Source of the DNA: Phoronis australis
Taxonomy: Eukaryota; Animalia; Phoronida
Direction of reading: 5' to 3'
Length of the DNA stretch: 64,000 bases
Assembly: GCA_002633005.1 (NCBI GenBank)
Contig: NMRA01000136.1
Location: 646,944-710,943 of the forward strand
A program made the translations under genes and the position numbers. Shown here piece by piece: positions 51,301-63,300 of the stretch (its first letter is position 1; each line of letters begins with the position of its first letter). The notes under the pieces are model-generated. The model made no database searches. It worked only from the letters and a program-made list of their open reading frames with translations, and was not told the origin of the DNA.

Positions 51301-54300
51301 TGTGCCCCCTAGTGGCAATTTTAGTTTTTTACGCTTATCTTTGTATCTTCAAAAGTCCTGAACGGATTTTCATGAAATTTGGTATGTAGGCACCTATTAG
51401 TGAGATGATGCTATCCTGCTGTTTTTAGATGGATTCGACATAGTTTGCGCCACCTATTGGCCATTTTTAGTGTTTTCGAGTCTGTTTTTGTGCGTCCACC
51501 CCTCTATCAACCAAACCGCTCAAAGAATGATTGTGAAAATTGGCATGTATATGCTTACTATGTAGAGGATGGTTGACGATGATTTTTCGACGATTTCGAC
51601 CACTGTGGCGCCTCCTAGTGGCAGTTTTGTTTTTTTTGCGCCTAAGGCTGTACCTCCTAAACCGTTCACAAGATCGTTACGAAATTGTGTAAGCATATTT
51701 ATATGATGTTAACAACAGAAGATGACGACTTTTGGACGGATCCGACTACCGGTGTGCCCCCTAGTGGCAATTTTAATTTTTTTACGCTTACCTTTGTATC
51801 TTCAAAAGTCCTGAACGGATTTTCATGAAATTTGGTATGTAGGCACCTATTAGTGCGATGACGCTATCCTCCCGTTTTCGGATGGATTCGACCTAGTTTG
51901 CGACACCCAGTGGCCATTTTTACTGTTTTTGAGTCTGTTTTTTGGCGATATGATTGTGAAAATTGGCATGTATGTTCTTACTATGAAGAGGACAGTTGAT
52001 GCTAAATTTCCCATGACTTTGATTACTGTGGCACCTCCTAGTGGCAGTTTTTTTGCGCCCATGGCTGTATCTCCCAAACCGTTTGCAGGATCTTTACTAA
52101 ATTTAGCAAGTGTATTTATGTGATGTTGACAACGGACGATGACGACTTTAGGATGTTTCTGACTACCGGTATGCCTCTAGTGGCAATTTTAGTATTTTAC
52201 ATTGACCTCTGTATTTTCATAGGTCTTCAGGTGTACACTTTGTGTTACTTCGTGACTATGAAGGAAAAGTTCCAAGTAGAAATTTGTTTCTGGCATTCTA
52301 ATGCTGTGCTAATCTCGTATGTTGGTAAATTTGTTTTTAATTCTATGTTTCAGTGGTGCTTTAAGCAACTGATGCATAGGATGTGCTTGTATTATGAAGA
52401 TCACTCACCTTTTGCCCCTAGCCTATTGAGGAGACAATGACCATGCCTTTCCATTTTGCAAAGTACAACATACTACATATATGCCCTCTGCTGGCCACTT
52501 TATGGTACCAATAAACAACCCTAGAAGGATACCGTATGCGGTGCAATTGTGGGCGCATTTCAACGCTCTGCGTTGCTCTTGTCAAAGTTCGTGTTGACTT
52601 CCACACTATAAATTCCTAATAATTTTCCTAGATTTAGTAGTGAAATCATTGCATTTGGCACCACAGCAGTCAGTATACACCAAACAAGTGCTTAAATTAC
52701 AACAGGAAGTTAACACAAACAAGTCGGCAATTGTTTGGCAAAAATTTGGTCAAAATCAGTGAAACAGATGCCACCAGTGCATGTGCTCATGTGCGTTCTG
52801 TGTTCTTTCACTGACAGGAGGAGCTGAGGTAGAGAATGAACGTATACTTACATGTAGAAATGAAGAGTTAGATATACGTAGGACTCTAAAAATGGGGAAC
52901 GGCATGACCGTATAAACCTTTTTTTCTTCAGTCGACAATTTGCATGATACACCGGGAACCTTTGATTTTAACTTGGCGTTAACCTAAGTGTTGAGCGCTG
53001 ATTACTTATAAGCTTCAAATCCAGCGATATTCCGAAGTAACACAGTGTGGCTTTGCTATTACTACCAGTTGTCTCTGAAAGAACCCTAAAGTGATTAACA
53101 TGTTTCCAAAAAGCCCCGACAAAATGATCTGTAACTCGTCATGATGGCTGGGTGGGAGCCAAATTCATGAAGGGAAATGAATAGGAATGTTTGTGAGATG
53201 GCTAAAACACTCTGTGATTAGAATTTTTGATGGATGGTGTTTCTTGATGACGACTTTTTCACAAATCCATGGTATGTGGTGAATTTGAAGTTTTCAGTGA
53301 GTTATTGTTTGCTGTGTGCAGGGCTCCTACAAGGATTACATAGAGACAGATCAGGAAGTGACTCAAATGTTACAACAGATCACTGATGTCGTTAATGAGA
53401 ATGGAGAGGAATGCAAGGTAGGTGGAACCGTTGAAAGCAGTGTTATGGTTCAGTTGTTAGTGTAAAGTAGGCGGAGACTGTTCAAAGTAAGGAGGGGTTG
53501 TCCTCTGTGTTATGGATTAGTTATTAGTGGTGTAAAGAAGGCTGGGGACTGTTGAAGTAGGGAGGGGTTTGTCTCTTATGGATTTAGTTATTAGAGGTGT
53601 AACATAGGCAGAGGCTGTTGAATTAGGGAGGGGTTTGTCATTGTATTATGGATCAGTTGTCATACATTATAAGATTATGTGACTCGAGGAATGTGGTAAT
53701 AACTGTCCACAGACACTATTCAACGATAAAGGTAGCATTGTGTAGATGCATTATCCATGTCAGGAAATTTCTGATTGAATTTGAGCAAAAGTTATTTCAC
53801 ATTGTAAAATAAGCACTAACCTACCCTGGGTATTCTTCTCCTTGTAGACTCTACTGGACCTCTTCAGCGACTACAGCTTTCTATGGATGCAGGATGTTAA
53901 CCAAACATTCCAACAGTTCCTCAGTGGTGACATGTCACCAAACCCCATGCGTGTACCTAGCCAGTCCAAACCTGGCACTCTTAGGATGTTGGCGTCTGCA
54001 CGCTCCATGGCAACATCAAGGTAAGTGAAGTCCATTTTGTTGGTAAACTCAGTGGTTTGGATTTCCTTGTAGGTACATCTTGAGGGTCTTTGGGTGTTTA
54101 GAAAAAGGTACAGTAGTCATTTACAATGCTTGAACATTTTTGTCAGGCAGATCTTAGGCAAACTCCTTGTTTGTAACTGAGTTGTGGACATATTGCGAAA
54201 ATTAAAAAAATATGAAAGATTACCCAACCAGAAACCCAGACTTTGTGGTGACAAAAATCAGTTTTAACAAGATTAACCTCTGTGATGGAACTTACATCTG

Positions 54301-57300
54301 TGATGACGATATTGCTGTAGTTTTGGCAATTGACACCGGTCATTAAAAGTATTGTTTTTTTATTTATCAAGCCTTTGAATAAAATGTTGTCAGTGACTAG
54401 AATAACTGGGCCACACCAGTTTAACATTCTTTCCAGAGGGGGTGATGATAACTTCCCATTTCACATTCAAATCAACACAACCGAACAATTCCTAAAAAGA
54501 TAAAAAATGTGATTTAGCCTATCCTAAAACTGATTTTTGTATTTCTGAGAATGAAAATTTAAAGCCTGTTCTTGTAGCATCTGTTTTCTCTTCGGTTTTC
54601 TCGTTTCTCTTTTCCTGAATTCAGCTCTTCCTCTTCTAAGTGTTCGTATCCATATCTTTGTCTTCTTTTGCCCAATCTTTCTCTCTCTGTCCACAACACA
54701 GCATGTACAAGCCATTATCTGACAGAGGCAGTGGACAGCACTCTGCCCAAGAGATCCTCACCCAAATGAGTCTTGGTGGAATCAACCTCTCTATGTGTAA
54801 ATCTTTGTCCAACAAACCCTCTTCTGGTATTGGTAAACATCCAGCAAAATCACCATCAAAGCGGAAAAAGTCACTCAACCCAGTGCATGTAGAATGGCAA
54901 TCGTTTCCTAAGCCACGGCGAAACCAGAAAAAGAGCCCCGGGCAATGCAGGCGAAATTTGGAATCGAGTGTGGTGGGGGAAAGTATTGCAGAGGACGCCA
55001 CTAAAGACAGTCTGGCCTCTTCAGAACAAAACATGATTGGAGACTGCTCAGAGGAAGAGGCAATGCTGGAGTTTGAAAAAGCCATGAGACGCAATGAAGT
55101 CAAGGGAACTTCAGCGTTGTTTAAGATGTATGCTGTACAACCTTTATTTGAGTTGTGTTGAATTTTCATTTGAACAAGTTTGAAGCATTAACCCAAACTG
55201 CTTGCATCACGTGCTGACTCTAAACAATGTTTTGCAATTGCTTAGTTTCTGTTTGAAGCCCATACCACACTAAAGATTTAGAGCATAAAAGTTTTTTGAG
55301 CACTACGTGACAGAAAAGTGGAATTGTTTATATCAACATTTTTCAACCAAAATAAATCTGAAGTTTATGTTACAGTTTAATTTAAATTCTGTGGATTTTT
55401 AGTAATGATGTGAACTTCTCAACAACATGAAATGCTTGATCTTTTATTAAATCATTAAATTTAAAAGCTTCAACCCACCTGACAGCTGATTTCCAGTGTC
55501 AAGACGTTTTATTACGTGTGATTTAGACCACCTGCTGTTTGTATAAATTTGGTGTCTGCTTGTTATTTACTAATAAATTGTTATAGTAACTTGTGGCACT
55601 TGACAGCTGCTCTTTCCAAAACTCAAAAAGTGAATGGCTCTCATAGGTTTTATAGGTTGAGAAACAATATGGTTGCTAGGAGTTACACCAACAGGTAGGA
55701 TTTGTCTTGACCTTTTACTGTCAACAACGTCATTTGTGACAAAGCATCTGCATGCAATGGCATTGTTCTAGAAGTGCTATAACTCTTCTGGTGATGGGGT
55801 CACTTAGAAGTGGCCAAATCAGGTGGTTTGGGGCTTGTGTGGTGCTGTTAAAGCTGCTTGTGCCTGTCTGCAAGTTCCTAAAAGGTTCTGGTCTTTGACT
55901 TCTGTTACTTTCTATGTTGATTATGACTTCTATGTTCAATGTGCGGTTGCATGATGCAGTCCTAAATAGGGACTCCCTCAACCTTTCACTACATTTGTGG
56001 ACTTGTGCAAACCCTTTCCAGTGCTATTTTATCTTCATTACTGAGTCAATTCTTAACTCTAATACACGCCATGAGTGAGCTTTACATTGAATTCTCAATA
56101 GTATTCAAAACAACTAGGCACTTCTTCATGTAAAGTGGGAACCTCTTCATGTAATGTGGGAAGCTCTTCATGTTACGTCCCTAATTTAATGACTACACCA
56201 TCAGTTCCTATTCGTGCATTTGCATTAAAATAAGGGTTCAGTTTTGTGATATATTTTTGGAAAATAATAAAAGTAAAAGGGGAGCTCATGATAGAAAAGC
56301 AAAACATGTGAGTGAATGAACAAAGACACAAATGTGCAGAAGATTTTGGAAACTTAGTTGAGTGCCTATTTTGCTCTGTTTCATGTAACGGTGTACAGAT
56401 GTGTTGGGGTACTCATCAACTAACAGGTGGGCTAAATACACTGCAATTGTTTAGACTATTTTGGTAATGTTTAGTAGTTACCTGGAGGTACCTGTTGTGA
56501 TGTTATGGATGACTAATCGTGTCCCCATTCTTTCACCTGGACAGGAGGAGATGTAATCTACTTGGTTGATGATGCCAACATATTGTATTGAGCGTCAGCG
56601 CCAGGATTGTCTCTTCTAGTGTTTTTTCTGTATTTGTTTTTTGTGTCTTTATAATTCACTGGTTCACAAGTAATTATGAGACAGTTACATTAGTTGCGAC
56701 TTTGTGATGTATAGTCTGATGTGGCCTCCACGTACAGTGGCGTTGGAAGCATTTCCATAGTGGTTGGCCAAATAGCTATCAAAGTCTGCAGTGGTGAGGA
56801 TACGGGAGGGGTGCTTCCTCCCGCAGGGGCATCTGGGGGCTGCCCCAGGAAATTTTGAGAATTAAATTCTCACTTGGTACATTCTGGAAGCCTTGAAATG
56901 CATTCTTTGATGTTACTTTACGGAAAATATTAATCTGGTAGCAAGCGGACCTGCCCAAGCAGTTACGGCTCCAATGACATGTAGTTGGATGACAAGGTAT
57001 TGGCTCTGCAATGTCATCTGCAGTTTGGAAAAAATTGCTTGTGAATGTAATGCTGGTCCGATGTATGATCTTCCTTCTTTTATTGCACCCCCATGTCTCA
57101 TGCCTAGGTCTGATTGAGATGTCTTATTCGCCTTCTTATGAAAATTCTCTCATGACTGTAACTGTAAAACAAATTTGACTATTGACTCTTTTTACTTTAC
57201 ACCAGTCTGAAGGTAGTGGATTGGTAAGACTGAGTGAGCACTGATTATAATTTTTGATGCAAAATCTCAAAACATGCTTCAAAATTTATTATTTGTGTGT

Positions 57301-60300
57301 CATTCGTTATTCATCTTTTTGTGTTTTTTGTCAAGAAGCCTTACTTAGAATGCTACTCTTTAAAATTGATTGTACACTGAGTGTGAATACTATGTAAAAT
57401 GTTTGAATCATTATTTCCATTGAGAGTCTAAATGTTTTTCTTGTGCTACTCGTCCAGTCATGGAAATAGGCTGAATTTTCAGTACCTTTTTCATGTCTTT
57501 TTGACTGCAATTTTCTTGATTGTTGTGAATATTCAATCACTTAATACATTACATCGTGGGCTAACACTGTGTTGACATGACTGAAATACTTGCTCTTACA
57601 TTGCCTTTGACAATATGACCCAAGTGTTAAAATCATATTGGGATTCATTCAGGACATCGTCTGCTAAGAGTAGTATCGAGGCAGCTGGTGTGATGGGCAC
57701 TGCGGAGAAGACGTTCCTGACACCCAAGACGAACCAGATGGAGTTAAATGCCATACCAACACTGGATGAGTTTGATGAAGAAATCAACATATACAAGGTA
57801 TCAGTCACTTATAACAGTTATCAGGTTGTGGAACATTTCTTGATGACGTCTAATTGTTGGTAAAGGTAACCAGTGTCTCTGCTTGGTGCAGCAAAATGCT
57901 TTGGAAACTGCATCCATTACCTAGTGTATTGACCAGTAGATTTGTGTGCACAGTTCTTGTAGCAACTGTGATGGAGAAAGTTGTTTCTACTCATAAAGCA
58001 CATATTGCACTAAAGTCTGTTACCATTAATTGTAATATGTTATGAATATCATGTCCTAATGTATTCAAATACATCCATTTTTAAAATCAGTAGTTGAACA
58101 ATAGGAGGCTTTTTGAAATCTCACCAATCTCCATTTTGAGCTTGGAGGTGATAACTAGTCTGAATATTAGCTTAAAAGTGTGTGGACCATTGTAAATGAT
58201 GGGTGTCATTCACACACAAGTGGCCTTTTGAAATTAACATGTAAGGTCAGTGAATCAAAGCAGTAATTCTTTTTGAACCTTGCTCTTAGTCCTGCAACTA
58301 TTCTAATTGGATTGCATAAGTAAGCACAGGGTTAATGGTTAGCAAAAGGTTAATGGTCCTGGTTGAGAAGATTATTGTTTTATTGTCCCGTGTGGATAGT
58401 TGAATAGCTGAGCCCAGAATGTTAGTGATATGGGGATCATCATCACCACAAAGAAGCTGTCAAGAATCTTCTCAGCAATAACTTTTCAAAACTGGCTATC
58501 GATCACACAACCAGATTCTGCACTTATGCATGTCATAGTGGAGAATCTTAATTCGTAAATTATTTATTGTTCTTTGAAAGTCACAACAATATTTCTCTCA
58601 ATGTTGTGGAGCTGCCTGGCTCCTACTTGGATTGATGACTGACTTCAAGTGAAGGTTCTCGCGAAAATTACATTGCCTACTGGTGACAAGTGTCAAACAT
58701 CAATTGCCAGAGTGTAAAGGTGCCAGGTGATTGCAATATGTCAGGAGAGATAGTTGAGGGAGTTTCCAGAAGTATGATGATTCCAAGTTCATACATTAAG
58801 TACTTCACTTGGATTGTGTAGATGGATGAGCAATCTCTGTTTTTATAGAAATCTCAAATATGAATACTAGAAAGTGACATTATCAGCAAGTCATGTACTG
58901 CAGTGGGAGCATTATTACATGGTACTATTACACAGTAGCCTGAGAATGAGGCTGGTTTTTGCGCGACAAGTTATTAAGCAATGTCTTGATTTGTATTTAA
59001 TAATCTTCAAAATCAGAGACTTTACACCTCAACAGTATGATGTAATCATACATCTTTGGTAGATTTTATTACATTGCCTGCCATTTTGTGCTTCTACCTC
59101 CTTTCATTCTCTTAATAAATGAATGTAACTATAACATGGTTGTGAAACACACAAGTTGTGTGAGTTTATGTTATCAGCAGTGAAGATTCAGTTTTATAGT
59201 GAATGTTATCGTTGTTAACTGCCTTCTTTGATGTTATTCAGACTGCACGTGATGAGATTAGCAGTATCCCTGAGTTCAGAGACGTGGGTTGGCTGAGAGT
59301 AGACATGAAGCCCATCAAACAGGTGCTGACCACTTACGCCAGTAAATGGATGTGGACCTTCACCAAGTACCTCTCAGATCAGGTAGGTTACTTAATATGC
59401 TGATTGAAATGATGTCAATACAAGTTGTTTTTTCCTTTCATGTGAATAGTGTTTATTACTCATCGATAAAATTGTAACACACTGGGTTAATACATGGAAT
59501 TTTCGGTGTAAATAGACAAGAGATTTTAAGAATATTCGGAAAATAACATGATTTTGACATGATGAATTTTTGAAGTGGGGCTTGGATTTTGATTGCACAT
59601 TTTCGCACGATGTCTAACAGCTTTCAGCGATAGTTGTTTATTGTTGTTGTCTAGGTGACAAGCATGCTCACTGATTTGGACGAGTTCCTGAAGAGAATAG
59701 AACCAGAGATTGAGAGTATCACTGGGGAAGAAAGGGACACCGTTTCTTTTATGAAGATGATGAGATTGTTCAATGAAGTGAGTGGTCATTAGAGGAAATG
59801 ATTGCAGGCGGTCTGGTACATGTTGTTTACAGTAAACGAAGCTGAGGAGATAGAGACCTGACTCAAGGGTTTAGCAGTGTGCTGCTGTGGAACCTTTGAT
59901 ATAAGAAGTGGACAGTCACGTGTCCTGCTGTGTCACACTGTCTCCTTAATGGTCGTTATGCTGAATTTTTTTAACTTGGACAGAATATACAATTTTTTGA
60001 TTTGTTGTTAATTAACATGAGTGGGTATTTTGAATGTCATAAAAAATAAACTAAACAAGAATTTCTATGAGTATTACCAGGATTAAAATATACAACATCG
60101 ATTGTATTTTCAATATTGTATATTTTGATACTTATAATGTTGCTGGTAATTTGTGTACCTCAGATCTAAAGCCACTATTGACTTTGAGGGGTGCTGCTCT
60201 TCAACACCAACAAAACTTGCATCTCATTCTCCTCCCAGATTTCATTAACAAAAGACTGAATCATTTTATCTCACTATTTATAGTGACTGGCTCCAGTGAG

Positions 60301-63300
60301 GATGTGCTATAATATTATTGTTCTTCTCCAGGTGTCTGCCAAACAGAACGAGATGGACGGGAAGTTTACTGCTATGCACCGCACAGTGCTGCTACTCAAG
60401 AAATACGGCCAAGCTCTCCCTGATAGCACGCAGACATTGTTCAATGCAGCCCCTGGTCGCTGGAGCAACCTGAAGACTAAGGTATCCCTGGCCAAACAGA
60501 GGTTGGGACCAAGAATACAAGAAGAATCCAAACGCATCACCAAGGTGATTATACCTAGGAGTTGTCAGTCAATTCCTTTATTTAGCATGTTTGTAACACA
60601 TTTTGCTCTGACTTATAGGATTGTGCTGTTATAAATTGTCTTGATATCAATGCACTGATTTATACTAATACAATCATATGCACATCCAAATTTGGGTTAG
60701 GTATTTGCTATTAAGTCTGACTTGGTTTCTCTAATCGGCTAGTGGTACCGACAGCTCAGATGACTAGAGCATCTGCACGGTTAGCTGAGAGTCCCAGGTT
60801 TAAATCCCTGTCGGGACAGAGGTCTTTTCAGGCTTAACTATTATAGATCTCACGATGTGATCAACATATTTATTCTTGCTTATATCTTACTCTCTGTTAT
60901 TTTTCATAACAGCCCTAAGTCACGTGGCAGTTGACCTTTCTCTATACATGATTAATGTGGTAATTTTTCGGTTTTTCTCTAATAGTATATGAAATATATT
61001 GCTATCTTTAATGTCTAGTTAATCTGTTGGTTAAAATGTAGACCTTGCTCCGCTAAATTATTTCTCTTTTTGAATGGATTTTCCGATATGTTGTTTCAGG
61101 ATCTTGAAGCATTTGGTGAGCGTGTTCATGAGGTCAACAATCGTCTGAGTGGGTCGGATGTGTTCAACCGTGAGTGCAGTATTGGCGATGCCTGGTCCAG
61201 TATCGACGAGTTTGTCAAGCAGTTGACAGTTCTTGAGAATGAGGCTCAGGACCTGATTGAGTTACAAGAGCTGCTGGAGACCTCTGTTGTCAACTTCTCC
61301 ATACTACCACAGTAAGCAAATGTGCCGTTACTGGAATGAAATGCATCGGCAAAAAGTGCTGTAACCAATAATTTGTGAATATCTCATTACTCTTCTGGTA
61401 TAACAAGAGATTAATTTTTACTGTTAGATAGCCTGTTGGTCAACATTTATCATATTTTGTGTATTTTGTTCCGTTATTTGAATTGAATGCCACTATTTTC
61501 ATAGGAACTTTAAAAAACCTAACGAAAAATAATAGACAAGTGTGCCTTGCAACTACCTTGAAGCCTGTACAGACAGTATGAGAGCGCAATGATTTGTCGA
61601 GTATCTTCTGTCCAGATCATTTAACATGTACAATAACATGCCAACCGCATGGTCATCCATTGCTAGTTCACGTAATTGAAGAGAGCAAGATTTATAGCTT
61701 ATTGCTGAGTCATCACTGTGAATACTTGATTTATTTGTTGAAACTGTTTAGATGAGCTAGAACCAATGGCCACACCTGTCAGCCTTGCATGATCCTTGTG
61801 AGTCTAGACCACATCACCATGGCAACCTGTTATTTACATATAGCCATTCAGTGTGACTATCAGTGTTCATACTGTGATCATTTCTTGTTCAGGTGCCATC
61901 ATGACCTTGACAACCTTAAGGAGGTGTGGGAGACAGTCCGTCTTATAGATGAGCAGCAGAGTGAGTGGAAGCGCCACCGTTGGCAGAAGATGAACACTAG
62001 GTTCTTGCGAGAGGAGACGGGCAAACAGCTGGAGGTAGTGGAAGGCTTGGTGGAAGATGTACACCTGTGGGATGTTTACCTAGGTCTGAAGGAGTCTATC
62101 ACTACCATACAGGTATGGGTAGTGAGGAGAGTTGTGATGAATGATGTGCTGTAATAATGGAAATTATTATCAATTTTATCTTAACATTCTTGGGAGTATT
62201 AGATGGCTATAATAATCTACAATAAAGTTTTCTCAAATTTGACTCAAAGTAACCGCCAGCATTGTCATTTATCATATTCAAAAAACCCTACTGCTTTGTC
62301 AAAAAATGCATGAAATTTCATTAGCAATGACAAATGTACAATGTAAACATCCAAATAATGATTTCAATCTTCTGTTCATTTTTGTTGAAAATGGCAATAA
62401 AATAACATTTCACTGTTGTGCCACATTACATTCAAAACTGAAGAAAGTTTACTACCATAGACAGTCAAGTCAGCATATTGTACCAACTAACAGACACGTT
62501 ACCTGTCCTTGTGGTACCATTATCTCTGCTCCCTTTCCGCAAATAATAAGTGATGTACATAAGGTACTTAGTAGAAGTTGTTGTTTGTGCTGTCCAGATC
62601 CAGTTTGTTATACACCATTCAGATTTACTGGGTGTAAAAACAGTTTTAGTAGCATCTAATGTGTGTGTGTAGTGACATTGCAAGCAGTGCTTAATCATCG
62701 TTACTGCTTTGTGTTTTGGTTTATTTGCAAATTGTTTGTAACCTTTCTCTCCTTTGTTGTGGTAGGCGTGTCTACCACTGATAGATGACCTCAGTAACCC
62801 TGCAATGAGAACGCGTCATTGGAAGCAGCTAGTGAGAGTGACGGGTGGTGCCCTGCAAATAGACAATGACACACTGAAGAGAATGACCTTGGGTGAACTA
62901 CTAGGACTGGGGCTACAAAGTAAGTTTGAATCTGAGTACAAAAACTGCTATGACATCTTCATGTAATATTTTGAGTTGATTTGTGGTTTGATTTTTGTAT
63001 TTTCAAAGCTGTAATGTGCAAATATTGTGAAAATATTCTGAAGTAGTGTTCATAATGCTAAACCAAATTCAAATTATTGTGCTCAGGGATTCAGCAATGA
63101 AACAACTTTTGCATTTAGGGACTTAATTTATTGAGGTTTGCAATTTTAAAGGATCAGAGTGGAAACTACTTTTAACTATAATTTAACTTAATTTCTTTTG
63201 TTAAAGCAATCAGTCTTAACTCAAATTAATGACTGTTTCACATTTATGAAGCATCATATATTATGTAATTCTTGTTTTTCCAAGGACATGTGGATGACGT

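Noticed and set aside
54636-55169. 177-aa minus-strand ORF
   Set aside because: It is antisense to the plus-strand candidate cassette exon, which has the splice signals and matching phase.
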